This document shows positions 50,214 through 60,455 of a DNA stretch of 64,000 bases, piece by piece. The stretch's first letter is position 1. Each line of letters starts with the position of its first letter. The position numbers and the translations under genes are program-made. The notes beneath the pieces are model-generated. The model ran no database searches. It was not told the DNA's origin and was given only the letters and a program-made list of their open reading frames with translations. The stretch is from positions 2,432,001 to 2,496,000 of the forward strand of contig OZ219802.1 in NCBI GenBank assembly GCA_964291655.2. Direction: 5' to 3'. This DNA is from Chloroflexota bacterium (GTDB lineage: Bacteria; Chloroflexota; UBA11872; VXOZ01).

Positions 50214-51212
50214 TCACTCACTTTCGTGCGGGCGTAGCAGGGACGCGACTACAGAACCCCCCAAGAGCACACCAACCACCGCCAGTGAGTAGACCGGCTG
50301 TCCATGGAATGCCGATGCTACCACTTCGATTCCTTCCAGCACGGGGGTAAAAAAGTGGTCGCCCTTGGGTACGCCGTGAAAGTCTCCTACGACCATCTTG
50401 ATGCCCACGAAAACGAGCACGAGGCCAAGACCCACACCGAGATAGTGGAACCGGTCCATCAGGTTGGCGAGGAGGAAATACAGCGCGCGCAGGCCGAGAA
50501 TGGCGAAGATGTTCGCCGAATAGACGATGAAGGGTTCGCGCGTGATGGCGAAGATTGCGGGCACGGAATCCAGGGCAAAGACCACGTCGGTAACGTTCAC
50601 AACGAGCAACACGAGCAGCAGGGGCGTTGCCAGCCAGCGGCCGTCGATCTTTACGATGTAGCTGCCGCCGTGGTAGTTTTCGGTGCTCGGGAGAATCTTG
50701 CGAAAGATGCGGACAGCGAAGTTGCGCTCGGGATCGGTGTCTTCGTCGCCTTTGATCAAAATGCGAATACCGGTATAGATGAGGAAGCCGCCAAAGACGA
50801 AGATCATCCAATGGAAGGTTGCCAAAAGGGCGGCGCCGACCAGGATGAACGCGCCGCGTAGGATGATGGCGGCGAGAATTCCCCAAAAGAGCACGTTGTA
50901 GCGATACTCATTGGGTACCGCAAAGTACGTGAAAATGATCAAGAAGACGAAGAGGTTATCGACACTCAGGGTCCACTCAATGAGATAACCGGTGATAAAC
51001 TCAGTGCCGCGCTCGGGCCCGGCAAAGATGAACATGCCGACGGCAAAGGCCAAAGCAAGGCTGACCCAAATGGCGACCCACGTCGCGGCCTCACGCGGTT
51101 TGATGACATGCGCGCCGCGATGGAATACCACGAGGTCAAGGATGAGGAGGGTGACAACAACAGCGGTAAAGCCGATCCAGAGTATTGGTGAGTTGAACGT
51201 TCCAAGCATCAT
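50214..51212 (-). CDS. TerC/Alx family membrane protein
   Basis: EWTLSVDNLFVF, FALDSVPAIF, NIFAILGLRALYF. Confidence 0.93.
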   Translation of the reverse strand: MMLGTFNSPILWIGFTAVVVTLLILDLVVFHRGAHVIKPREAATWVAIWVSLALAFAVGMFIFAGPERGTEFITGYLIEWTLSVDNLFVFLIIFTYFAVPNEYRYNVLFWGILAAIILRGAFILVGAALLATFHWMIFVFGGFLIYTGIRILIKGDEDTDPERNFAVRIFRKILPSTENYHGGSYIVKIDGRWLATPLLLVLLVVNVTDVVFALDSVPAIFAITREPFIVYSANIFAILGLRALYFLLANLMDRFHYLGVGLGLVLVFVGIKMVVGDFHGVPKGDHFFTPVLEGIEVVASAFHGQPVYSLAVVGVLLGGSVVASLLRPHESE

Positions 51213-51239
51213 TGCTTCCTTCGAAAGAGTAGGAAAGAG

Positions 51240-51345
51240 CTAAGGTCTATTCTCCGCGTGCACGACACAATTAAGGCACCGGAGGTACGGTGCCGGTCTC
51301 CCATTCAAGGGAGAGAAGTGACTAGCGGGAGCACTTCTCCTATAG
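51240..51345 (-). promoter_or_regulatory. Probable yybP-ykoY (Mn2+) riboswitch
   Basis: UAGGAGAAGUGCUCCCGC..GUCA..two hairpins..GCGGAGAAUAGACCUUAG directly upstream of terC; resembles the GGGGAGUA...GUCA...AAGACCU consensus. Confidence 0.65.
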
Positions 51346-51524
51346 TAGCGCAACGACCATGGTAGCGTCACTTTCCGGCAGGACGGGTGCAGTCGCAAGC
51401 AGCCTTGCTTGCTGGGGGCACCTGAAAGACAGCTCTAGAGGATGGGACAAGACTGTCAGAGGGAAGAGTGTATAATTGAATGTAGAACTTGCAATATTAC
51501 ACAAGACCGGGGTATGCTCTGTCC

Positions 51525-52721
51525 ATGGTCAGACGTGAAATCACTCCCCGTCTCATTAGCCTGTTCAAGCAATACCCTTTTGTGATTATGACCGGCCCGC
51601 GTCAATCTGGGAAGACGACGCTGTGCCGCTCGGTTTTCCCTAACTTGGCATACATAAATCTTGAAGCACCCGACCAACGTGAGTTTGCAGAGTCAGATCC
51701 GAGAGCATTTCTCGCGCGGCTTGACGGTGGCGCGATACTCGACGAGATTCAGCGCGTGCCAAGTCTCCTGTCGTACCTGCAAGTAAACGCAGATGAGAAG
51801 AGGCGCAACAGCCTCTTTGTGCTGACTGGCAGCGAGCAATTCCGGCTCTCAGATGCCATAAGCCAGTCGTTGGCAGGACGGACGGCATTGCTGCGGCTAT
51901 TGCCGTTCTCTTTGGCCGAGCGAAAACAGACAGGGGCAAGCATCGAAGTGGATGACATCCTCTTTTCGGGGTTCTATCCGCGCATTCACGACCATGGACT
52001 GGACCCGCATCAGGCCCTTGGCGACTATTTCGAGACCTATGTTGAGCGTGACGTGCGGCGAATAGGAGAGATTCGCAACCTAACCAGTTTTCAACGATTT
52101 GTGCGCCTGTGCGCCGGACGTGTGGGACAATTGGTCAATCTCTCATCGCTGGGGGCTGACGCGGGGGTCTCACACACGACCGCACGCCAATGGCTCACGG
52201 TGTTGGAAGCCAGCTACATTGTATTCCAGTTGCAGCCGTTTCACTCCAACGCGCAGAAACGACTGATCAAGTCACCGAAGCTCTATTTCTACGACGTTGG
52301 GCTGGTGAGCTATCTCATTGGCATTGAAAACTCTAAGCAGATAGCGACGCACCCCTTGCGTGGACCTCTCTTCGAGAATGCAGTCGTCTTGGAAGCCCTC
52401 AAGCACCGGTTCAATCGCGGCCTGCAATCCAATCTTTCGTTTTTCCGCAACGTCCAGGGTCTGGAATGTGACCTTTTCTACGAGACCGGGCAGGGCATCG
52501 GAGCCATTGAGATAAAGTCCGGTGCTACCGTTGCTTCAGACTATTTCAATTCTCTCAATCGCGTTGCCAAGCGGATGCCAGACGTTACTGCTAAGTTTGT
52601 CGTGTTCGGCGGCACGGATCGCCAATCACGCACCAATGGGGAGGTTATTCCCTTGGGTGACTTCGGTGGTGTTCTTGAACGCTTGGAAGTCGCGCAAGCG
52701 TTTGGCGGCACTGTGGAATAG
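51525..52721 (+). CDS. AAA_14 + DUF4143 ATP-binding protein
   Basis: GPRQSGKTT, DEIQR, LTGS, SLAGR, KSPKLYFYDVG, ECD..IEIKS. Confidence 0.92.
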   Translation: MVRREITPRLISLFKQYPFVIMTGPRQSGKTTLCRSVFPNLAYINLEAPDQREFAESDPRAFLARLDGGAILDEIQRVPSLLSYLQVNADEKRRNSLFVLTGSEQFRLSDAISQSLAGRTALLRLLPFSLAERKQTGASIEVDDILFSGFYPRIHDHGLDPHQALGDYFETYVERDVRRIGEIRNLTSFQRFVRLCAGRVGQLVNLSSLGADAGVSHTTARQWLTVLEASYIVFQLQPFHSNAQKRLIKSPKLYFYDVGLVSYLIGIENSKQIATHPLRGPLFENAVVLEALKHRFNRGLQSNLSFFRNVQGLECDLFYETGQGIGAIEIKSGATVASDYFNSLNRVAKRMPDVTAKFVVFGGTDRQSRTNGEVIPLGDFGGVLERLEVAQAFGGTVE

Positions 52722-52745
52722 AACTTGGGATTGACGCCGACTACG

Positions 52746-53588
52746 CTATTTGTCGCTGCCTAGCTCCAAGGCATCAATGAGCCGCGTGGCGCCGATGCGG
52801 ACGGCGAGTGAGGCGAGGGCCGGTCCCGCGATGGTGGCTAGCTCTACCATGGTATCGTCGTCGGCGATGCTTACGTAGTCCACGTTTGCCAGCGGTTCGC
52901 AGGCCAGCACCGTTCGCATTGCGGCACGCAAGGCGTCGGCGTCGCGTTCTCCCGCGATAAATCGCCTTTCTGCTTCTTGCAACGAACGATAGACTACTCT
53001 TGCCGCTTGGCGTTCGTGCGGTTTCAGATGGACGTTCCGGCTTGCAAAGGCGAGGCCATCCGGTTCCCGTACCGTTGCAACCGGCACTATGGTAGTGGGG
53101 ATGTCGAGGTCGCGAACCATGCGTTGCAACACGCGGAGTTGCTGAGCGTCTTTGCGGCCCAAGTAAGCGCGGTGAGGCTGCGTGATGTTGAGCAGCTTGC
53201 AGACAACCGTGGTGACGCCCCGGAAGTGGCCGGGCCGCGCTGCCCCCTCCAAGCTGTCAGTAAGATTCTCGACCTCAACGAATGAGCTGAAGTCTTTCGC
53301 GTACATTGTTCCAGCTTCCGGCGCGAATACGACGTCTACGCCCCATGATTCGAACATGGCAAGGTCGCGGGACAGGTCGCGGGGGTAGGTAGCAAAGTCC
53401 TCATTCGAGCCGAATTGCAGAGAGTTTACGAATAGCGTCGCCCAACAGTGGTCGTTTTGGGTTCGGGCGGCGTGCACCAACGCCATGTGGCCGGCGTGCA
53501 AATACCCCATGGTCGGCACAAGTCCGACGCTGCCTAGCGCTTCCTGGCGGGCGGCGCGTACTGCTGGGATCGTGCGCAGAATCTGCAT
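52746..53588 (-). CDS. panC: Pantoate--beta-alanine ligase
   Basis: VPTMGYLHAGH, RPGHFRGV, GRKDAQQ, RE.DGLA.SRN, RLID. Confidence 0.95.
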   Translation of the reverse strand: MQILRTIPAVRAARQEALGSVGLVPTMGYLHAGHMALVHAARTQNDHCWATLFVNSLQFGSNEDFATYPRDLSRDLAMFESWGVDVVFAPEAGTMYAKDFSSFVEVENLTDSLEGAARPGHFRGVTTVVCKLLNITQPHRAYLGRKDAQQLRVLQRMVRDLDIPTTIVPVATVREPDGLAFASRNVHLKPHERQAARVVYRSLQEAERRFIAGERDADALRAAMRTVLACEPLANVDYVSIADDDTMVELATIAGPALASLAVRIGATRLIDALELGSDK

Positions 53589-53633
53589 GTGAGCGTGCTT
53601 CGTGGTTGTGGGCGGCTGGGAGCGCCTTTGATC

Positions 53634-53847
53634 TCGTGCGCGGAACGCGTAACTCGTCCTTCGACAGGCTCAAAGCCTGCCCCGTGCTCGATACAGCGTA
53701 TCGACACGATACGGGGGCGAACGGGACTCAACGATTTCGTGCGCGGAACGCGTCTCTTGCCCTTTCGACAGGCTCAGAGCCTGCCCCGTACTCGATACAG
53801 CGTATCGACACGATACGGGGGCGAACGGGTCTTTTACTCTCGTGCGC
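53634..53847. repeat. Tandem ~103-nt composite REP-like repeat between panB and panC
   Basis: Two copies of TCGTGCGCGGAACGCG..CTTCGACAGGCTCA.AGCCTGCCCCGT.CTCGATACAGCGTATCGACACGATACGGGGGCGAACGGG, plus the start of a third. Confidence 0.85.
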
Positions 53848-53862
53848 AGAGTGGACACCCCA

Positions 53863-54735
53863 TTAGTCTTCGTCAGAGGCTGTTACTAGCGTCTCTTTGC
53901 GTAAGGCTCGCGCGACTTCGTTGGGCAGCATAAAACTGTGTTCACGCGTGGGAAACGTCCCGCTTTCAACGTCCTGCACGTAGTGGCTCACCGCTGCGCG
54001 CATTTCGTCTCCCAATTTCGCGTATGCCTTGGCATGCCGCGGGTGCACGGCGTGTGGATTCAACCCGAGGAGGTCGTGCAAGACCTGTATTTGACCGTCG
54101 CAGTGGACGCCCGCGCCGATGCCGATCGTGGGGATGGAAATAGACTCCGTAATCTTCTGCGCTAGCGTCGCCGGAATGCTCTCGAGGACTAGGGCAAAGG
54201 CACCGGCGCGTTCAAGGGCAAGTGCATCGCTTTGGAGTTCTTCCGCTTCGGCCAGCGTGCGCCCCTGGGCACGGTAGCCGCCAAGTTGGTGCACCGACTG
54301 TGGTGTGAGGCCCAGGTGTCCCATCACCGGAATGCCGGCATCCACCAAATGCGCCGTTACGGTGACGGTTTGCTTGCCGCCTTCCAGCTTTACGCCTTGT
54401 GCGCCACCCTCCTGGATCAATTGCCCGGCATTGAGCAGCGCTCGCTCGTTTGATACCTGGTAGGACAGGAAAGGCATATCGGCGATCACAATGGCGCGGC
54501 GCGTACCGCGCACCACGGCCTGGGTGTGGCGCAGAATGTCGTCCACGGTAACCGGCAGGGTATTCTCATAGCCCAACACCGTGTTGCCCAAACTGTCACC
54601 CACAAGAATTGCGGGCACACCGGCAGCTTCGACAAAGTGCGCCATCGGGGCGTCGTATGCCGTCAGCATCACGATTCTGCGCCCTTCCGCCTTCATCTGT
54701 TTTAGGTCGGCGGTGGTAACGCGCTGGGTACTCAT
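53863..54735 (-). CDS. panB: 3-methyl-2-oxobutanoate hydroxymethyltransferase
   Basis: MLTAYD, LVGDSLG, DMPFLSY, VKLEGG, GHLGLTPQS, IGIGAG. Confidence 0.96.
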   Translation of the reverse strand: MSTQRVTTADLKQMKAEGRRIVMLTAYDAPMAHFVEAAGVPAILVGDSLGNTVLGYENTLPVTVDDILRHTQAVVRGTRRAIVIADMPFLSYQVSNERALLNAGQLIQEGGAQGVKLEGGKQTVTVTAHLVDAGIPVMGHLGLTPQSVHQLGGYRAQGRTLAEAEELQSDALALERAGAFALVLESIPATLAQKITESISIPTIGIGAGVHCDGQIQVLHDLLGLNPHAVHPRHAKAYAKLGDEMRAAVSHYVQDVESGTFPTREHSFMLPNEVARALRKETLVTASDED

Positions 54736-55709
54736 AGTGTTCCTCGGTTCTTGAGCATCGCGCTGAGATGTGACTGTAACTCTCGTGCGACAGCATCTCT
54801 GCCAGCGGTTGATGCGAGATTATTGTATATCATCGCGAGTGCCATTGCAGCGTAGGTGAACGAATGTTGCGGTGCAGTGGCGGCTATGGCTTCAAGGTTC
54901 TTCTCTACTGTTGCCCAATCCCCACGTGCCACGGGGCCTGTGAGCGCCTCCGCGGGGCCGAGTCGGCGGAGGTTATGCACGGTGCCTTGCAGCAACGGCG
55001 TCAAAGCCTGGAGGGCTTCCGTCTCGGGCTTTCCCATCGCCTGCCAAAGCGCGACACCGGCTTGAGTCAGGGCTACCGAGTAATTTGAAACCAGCACCGC
55101 AGCGGCGTGATAAGCGGGTCGCGCATCAGGAGGCACGTAGCCCCACGTGCACGCAAGGTCGGCAGCTATGGCCGCCAGCCGCCCGAGAAGCGGCTCTTTC
55201 GCCTCAATAGCCACGAATGAGCCGGGCAGGTTTGTGAAGGCCGCTTGTGAGTCCGGGAGCGTCTGCAGGGGATGGAACGCGCCGGGCATGGCGCCGTTGC
55301 GTGCGACTGCGCCGAGAGCGGAAGCCGGTAGCGCGCCGCTGCAATGGACCACGCCTTGTCCCTCCCGCCAGTCTGCGGCGCAGGCAACTTCGCCTATGGC
55401 GTCGTCAGGGGTGGTAATGAAAACCAAATCACAGTAGTCCGCAACACCTTGTGCGGTGGTCGACTCACAGGCAGGCAGGGCAGCGGCGAGCAGTTCGGCA
55501 TGAACAGGGGTCTTGCCGGCTACGGCGCGAACGGCGTAGCCTCGTTCGGCAAGAAGTCGTGCTAGCCCTGTACCTACGCGTCCGGGCCCGATCACGCCAA
55601 TGTTCATCGCTGTCAACCCTGGGAAGCGATGCGCTGCATTAAGTGGGAGAAGTCTAACGCCATCGCCGAATTCAAACCTGGTACGTGGAGGACTGCTACC
55701 GGCGGTCAC
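54732..55709 (-). CDS. Rossmann-like + DUF2520 protein (PanG-type ketopantoate reductase candidate); start may be 55607
   Basis: GPGRVG, PDDAI, HCSGA, HPLQT, YHAAA...SN, ALTGPVARGD; adjacent to panB. Confidence 0.82.
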   Translation of the reverse strand: MTAGSSPPRTRFEFGDGVRLLPLNAAHRFPGLTAMNIGVIGPGRVGTGLARLLAERGYAVRAVAGKTPVHAELLAAALPACESTTAQGVADYCDLVFITTPDDAIGEVACAADWREGQGVVHCSGALPASALGAVARNGAMPGAFHPLQTLPDSQAAFTNLPGSFVAIEAKEPLLGRLAAIAADLACTWGYVPPDARPAYHAAAVLVSNYSVALTQAGVALWQAMGKPETEALQALTPLLQGTVHNLRRLGPAEALTGPVARGDWATVEKNLEAIAATAPQHSFTYAAMALAMIYNNLASTAGRDAVARELQSHLSAMLKNRGTL

Positions 55710-56236
55710 CGGATCATGGCATCAATGCGGTCGCCGATGACTTCCAGCGTCTGTATGGGAAAAGTGCCCGTTTCCACGATGTTCTTGAGATCAGCCAGGA
55801 GGGTCTTGACTTCCTCGATCTGCTCAATCTGACCGAGAGAGCCCAATTTGGCCGCGGCGTTGAGCGATCGCTCCACTTCGGCCAGTTCGCGCACTGCAAG
55901 CCCGCTCTGGCGCTCCCGCAGATGCACTCGCGCGCGGCTGATGCGCACGGACGCTCGCAAGAGATGGTTCTGGAATTGCAGCACTGCGACCTGCTGATTG
56001 AGAGCATCTGTCCGCTCCTCAACGCCGGAGACGCGCAAATCCACTAGGCTAGTGACCTGCGCCGCGTTCTGCGCTTGGTCGGCTGCGGTCTGTATGGTGG
56101 GACGGTCGCGCCAAAGGAGAATGCCGAGCGCCAGGGCCGCTACGCCTGCGGCAACGCCGATCAAGGCGAGCGCTAGTGTGATTACTCTGATCCAGCTTCC
56201 GAGCCGGGCTGCCAAAGATGTTTTCGCATTTGCCAT
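55706..56236 (-). CDS. Hypothetical membrane-anchored coiled-coil protein
   Basis: N-terminal TM, heptad-like C-terminus, AGGAG SD. Confidence 0.75.
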   Translation of the reverse strand: MANAKTSLAARLGSWIRVITLALALIGVAAGVAALALGILLWRDRPTIQTAADQAQNAAQVTSLVDLRVSGVEERTDALNQQVAVLQFQNHLLRASVRISRARVHLRERQSGLAVRELAEVERSLNAAAKLGSLGQIEQIEEVKTLLADLKNIVETGTFPIQTLEVIGDRIDAMIR

Positions 56237-56609
56237 GCTGTGGTTCTGCTCCTAGAGGGGGGGGGGTGGGACGACATGAAGTCTACCCTTAAAGCATACC
56301 AAAGTGCGGCAGGAATGCGTACGGAACGAAGGGCGAGTGAACGTGCGTTGCGGAACAGTGACCCTCGTCACTCGGGCGCAGGCCGGAGACCGGAAAGTGA
56401 GAGGAGAACGGCGTCCAGCGGAGAACGGACTGATGGATTCTAACGTCCTCTGCATTCCATAGCAATGATCCGGAGCCATGACACTGGCAACGAATCAGTC
56501 AAGTCTGGAGTGTTTGACGGTCACCGTGTGTCTACGCTGTGGGGAAGAGTCACCTGCCACTGCTATTGCTCTGTGCATAATGGCAATAGCGACCGTGTCG
56601 AGACCGGCT

Positions 56610-57122
56610 CTACTCGTTCTGCGGTTCCAGCGGCATGGCATAGAACACCTGACGTGCCACTTCCTCGAAGCCAAGGTCGGGGTAGAGGTGGAGGCCGATG
56701 GGATTCTGGTCCAGGGTTTCGATGCGGGCAAGAGATAACTTCTGGTCGCGAAAGTACTGGATGCAGTGCTCCAGCATTTTACGGCCGATCCCCTTGCCGC
56801 GAAGCTTCTCGTCTACTGCCATATCAGGAATCTGCCCGGCGCTGTTTCTGCGATTGATGCGCGTCGTGGCAAAGGCTATAACTTCACCGTCGTGTTCGGC
56901 CACAAAACAGTCTTCGGGATGATCGGTGAGATCCATGGCTACCATGGGCCATTTGCGTTCGCCCCATGGGAGCGGCAAGAGGCCGGGCCAGGACTTTTCG
57001 ATATTGTGCTCGATGCTCACGCCGGAAAAGGCGGCGATGGTGAGTTCCTTTACGCGCGCTTCGTCTTCCGGCCGATACGTTCGTATGCTCATTTCATCTA
57101 GGAATTTCTCGTCAACTGGCAT
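56610..57122 (-). CDS. GNAT family N-acetyltransferase
   Basis: MAVD..LRGKGIG, N..G.HLY..LGF. Confidence 0.88.
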   Translation of the reverse strand: MPVDEKFLDEMSIRTYRPEDEARVKELTIAAFSGVSIEHNIEKSWPGLLPLPWGERKWPMVAMDLTDHPEDCFVAEHDGEVIAFATTRINRRNSAGQIPDMAVDEKLRGKGIGRKMLEHCIQYFRDQKLSLARIETLDQNPIGLHLYPDLGFEEVARQVFYAMPLEPQNE

Positions 57123-57299
57123 TATTCACCGTCCAGATATTCTCTGTTTTCTTCGACTTCCTGACCCTTGCCGGTTTAAGCAGCGTGTCGTTTCGGCTGC
57201 GGTGGCAATTCGTAGAGACGTCGCCACATACTTTGACGCCCAAGCTGCATTGTTTTGCGTGGCCATGTCCGGTTTGTTGAAATTTTCGCGGAACCGTAC

Positions 57300-57657
57300 C
57301 TAGCGGGGGGCAAGCCCCGATGCGGTCGCATTGACCACCCAGGCAAGGAGCATGGCGTTCTCAGTGCCCCAACATCTTCGGTAGCGCAGGCCCTTCGACA
57401 GGCTCAGGACACGTTTACAACCTGCGTCTGCGGCAGGGTCGATTGTTGTACGCCCTTTTTGCTAAGGCGACACCGTTGGGGAATACGTCCCGTGCCGCTT
57501 ATTCGAGCGGGGGACAAGCCCCCGCGCTACAGTGGCAATCTCCGCCAAACAAGTGACCGGACCCCGCCAATAATGGGAAGAGTCACCCCATCCATCATCC
57601 CCGTACCTTCCGACAATCCCGTACCATCCGTCATTCCCGCGAAAGCGGGAATCCATC
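57300..57657. repeat. Mosaic of REP-like palindromes with an 18-nt degenerate tandem
   Basis: GCGGGGGACAAGCCCCCGCGCTAC (about 57507), CCCTTCGACAGGCTCAGG (about 57391), 18-nt units at 57588/57606/57624 leading into CGTCATTCCCGCGAAAGCGGGAATCCA. Confidence 0.75.
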
Positions 57658-57800
57658 CGCTCTGCTTCATCTAGAGTCGCTACAGTCGCAAGCCACGTGC
57701 AACACCAGGAGATTACGTCACCTTCGAATCACTATCTATAGTGAGAGACGACTGCGAACCAATGTGCGTGGTCCCCTCCATACAGCGGGATCCGTGTTTA

Positions 57801-58550
57801 TCAGACTCCCCTGCCGCCGTCGATGACGAGCGTTTGGCCGGTTACCCACTCGGCGTTGCAGATGAGGTAGTGTGTCGCGCTGGCGATGTCCTCCGGCGTG
57901 CCCAGGCGCTGCGTAATGGTGGACTGGCGAATCTCCTCATTGCGTTCGGGGTGACCTTCCGTCCAGCGCGTATAGATAAGACCGGGCGCTACGCTATTCA
58001 CAAGAATCTCCGGGCCGAGGGCGGCGGCCATCGACTTGGTAAGAGCAATCATGGCGGCTTTGGATGCGGCATACGGCACCGAACTCCCGCCACCGGTAAT
58101 GCCGGCTACTGAGGAGATGTTGACAATGCGGCCGCTGCCCTGCGCCTTCATGATGGGCGTGACCGCACGGATACCGTAGAACGCGCCTTTCACGTTGACG
58201 GCAAAGATGCGGTCCCATAGTTCGTCCGTCAGCTTGTCGAGTTCGGTATGTTTGATGAACTGCGTATACCCGGCGTTGTTTACGAGGGCGTCCACGCGTC
58301 CGAAAGAATCATGGGCGAACGCCACCATCTCTTTGACCTTGTCTTCGTCGGCCACGTCGGCCTTGAAGGTTACGCCCTGGCCGCCTGCCGCGGTAGCGTC
58401 GCGGGCAGTCTGTTCGGCTTCCTTTTCAGATCTGGAGTAGTTGACGACGACACTCGCCCCTTCGCGCGCGAGCGATAGGCAGACGGCACGGCCGATGCCG
58501 GTTGCGCCGCCGGTGACAATAGCGCTTTTTCCCTCTAATTGCATAGACAC
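57801..58550 (-). CDS. SDR family oxidoreductase (FabG-like)
   Basis: TGGATGIG, NNAG, YAASK, VTGQTLVIDGG. Confidence 0.92.
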   Translation of the reverse strand: MSMQLEGKSAIVTGGATGIGRAVCLSLAREGASVVVNYSRSEKEAEQTARDATAAGGQGVTFKADVADEDKVKEMVAFAHDSFGRVDALVNNAGYTQFIKHTELDKLTDELWDRIFAVNVKGAFYGIRAVTPIMKAQGSGRIVNISSVAGITGGGSSVPYAASKAAMIALTKSMAAALGPEILVNSVAPGLIYTRWTEGHPERNEEIRQSTITQRLGTPEDIASATHYLICNAEWVTGQTLVIDGGRGV

Positions 58551-58557
58551 ATTCTCC

Positions 58558-58935
58558 TTAGCGAATGATGAACCAGAGTCCGGCCATAAGCAGCAACCCT
58601 ATCCAACAGGTTGCCAGCATGAGCATGCGGGCGGCAAAGGGACTGTCCTTCACGAGGAATGCAATCACCGCACCGTTGAAGATTGTCAGTAACGTCACAC
58701 CGAGCGGCAAACGATAGAGATAGACCTTGTTGGCCACCAGATCGGCTTGTCCCTGCGCGTTGAAGAGAATGGGCAGCCGTTCCGGGAGCTCCGGGAAGAT
58801 GGTCAATATGGCCCCGAGCAAGGCGAGGTTGATCAGCACGGCAAGGACTAGCAGAAAGTAGAACGCTTTGTCCTTCCAAAACCGGTAGGTAGGGGCAAGC
58901 TCAGTCTCTAGGTTGCCGTGTGTCTGCTCTGCCAT
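58558..58935 (-). CDS. Small membrane protein (DUF1648-like)
   Basis: Three TM segments, LPERLPILFNAQGQAD motif; GGAGG SD. Confidence 0.65.
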   Translation of the reverse strand: MAEQTHGNLETELAPTYRFWKDKAFYFLLVLAVLINLALLGAILTIFPELPERLPILFNAQGQADLVANKVYLYRLPLGVTLLTIFNGAVIAFLVKDSPFAARMLMLATCWIGLLLMAGLWFIIR

Positions 58936-59088
58936 CCTGCCTCCTCGCCGGCGTCTCCCGAGACGCGTGTGCCATTTTGTCACAGCGTGCAATCCGAGCA
59001 TGCGGCGAAATGGCGATACGGAGTGATCGAGCTTGTGGCGAGGCTGGACGCTTAACTACCGTAGGGAGCAAGCGGACGTCACCTGCTC

Positions 59089-60069
59089 CTACCCTACGCT
59101 GGCGCCAACAGGGTAGACGGCAGCGCACCAGTCGCTGTACTTCGGACTGCGGTTGCGCACCGCTTTAAAGAAGACCTCTTGGAGGCGGGCCGCTACCGGG
59201 CCGATTTCGCCGCTGCCGATAGTCCTGCCGTCCACCTCGCCAATGGCCGAAATCTGTGCGGCCGTGCCGGTAAAGAAGAGTTCATCGGCGATGTAGAGCT
59301 CGGAACGCGCGATGCGCCGTTCCACCACTTCTATGCCGAGTTCTTCCCTGGCCAGAGTCATCACCGCGTGGCGTGTGATGCCCTCCAGAATATTGGAATC
59401 CGGTCCGGTGGTAATGAGCTTGCCATCGCGCAACATGAAGATATTTTCGCCGGGGCCCTCCGAAACCGAGCCGTCGCCGTTCAACATGATGGCTTCGTCG
59501 AAGCCCAATTCCTTGGCTTGAGAGGTAGCGAGGGCGGAATTGATGTAGAGACCCGTCACCTTGGCGCGGGGCGGTATCACGTTGTCGTCGATGCGCCGCC
59601 ACGGTGAGATGGTGACGCGGATCGGCTTGTCCAGGTCTAAGTATGCCCCAAAAGGCACGGTAAACATGAAGAAGTCGTCGGGGACGTGCTCCAACTCGCC
59701 GTCAGGAGCCGTGCGCACCAGCGAAAGTCCCACCTGCTCGGCGCTCTTGTAAACGAGCGGTCGCACGTACACGTCTTCCCTGTAGCCGGACTTTGCCACG
59801 AGGTCGCACGCAAGCTGCGTGAGCTCTTCGGGGCTGAGACGTACCTTCATGCGCAAGATGTGCGCCGAACGATGCAGGCGTTCGAAGTGCTCACGCGCGC
59901 GAAAGAGATAGACCTGCTCATCTTCCGGCACCCAATAGCCCCGAATGCCCTCAAAGCAGCCGGTGCCGTAGTTGAGCGCGTGAGTCATGATGCCTACTTT
60001 GGCGTCACCAAGCGGCACCACATTCCCTTCAAAATACGCGAACGGTTCTCCCACAACCGACCTCCTCAT
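59089..60069 (-). CDS. ilvE: Branched-chain amino acid aminotransferase
   Basis: HALNYGTGCFEGIR, AKVTGLY, SEGPGENIF, LEGITR, FFTGTAA. Confidence 0.94.
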   Translation of the reverse strand: MRRSVVGEPFAYFEGNVVPLGDAKVGIMTHALNYGTGCFEGIRGYWVPEDEQVYLFRAREHFERLHRSAHILRMKVRLSPEELTQLACDLVAKSGYREDVYVRPLVYKSAEQVGLSLVRTAPDGELEHVPDDFFMFTVPFGAYLDLDKPIRVTISPWRRIDDNVIPPRAKVTGLYINSALATSQAKELGFDEAIMLNGDGSVSEGPGENIFMLRDGKLITTGPDSNILEGITRHAVMTLAREELGIEVVERRIARSELYIADELFFTGTAAQISAIGEVDGRTIGSGEIGPVAARLQEVFFKAVRNRSPKYSDWCAAVYPVGASVG

Positions 60070-60455
60070 GAGCCCTCTAGCGCAAATGCTTACGCTCTAT
60101 CATGCTACATTTGTGGAGTCTGTGTAAACCCTGTGCATGCTGTCCTGTACAAGGGCGTTAGAACCAGTGTTGGCAGAATCCTCACTCTACAAAAGAACGT
60201 TGAGAGAATCTGTCATTCCTGTAGATGTCAGGCAATTCGTTGACAGAATCAATGTTAGGAACGTGAAGACTATTCGCCCTGCATGCCCCCACACACATTT
60301 CATTCCGATCGGAGCGCAGCGCAGTGTCGCTCTGAGCGCGGAATCTGGGATCATAGCTATGCTCTCTTGCTCAGTCTTGAGCCCTAGAATTCGTGCGCTT
60401 AACCACACCATCCTGCACTCCGTCCGGCATGGCGTTCTCTGCCACTGAGCCTTCG

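Noticed and set aside
60070-60430. T-box or attenuator upstream of ilvE (also sought upstream of leuC)
   Set aside because: Only an isolated TCTGTCA/TGACAGA hairpin; no GGTGGNACCGCG T-box and no convincing Leu/Ile/Val-rich leader peptide
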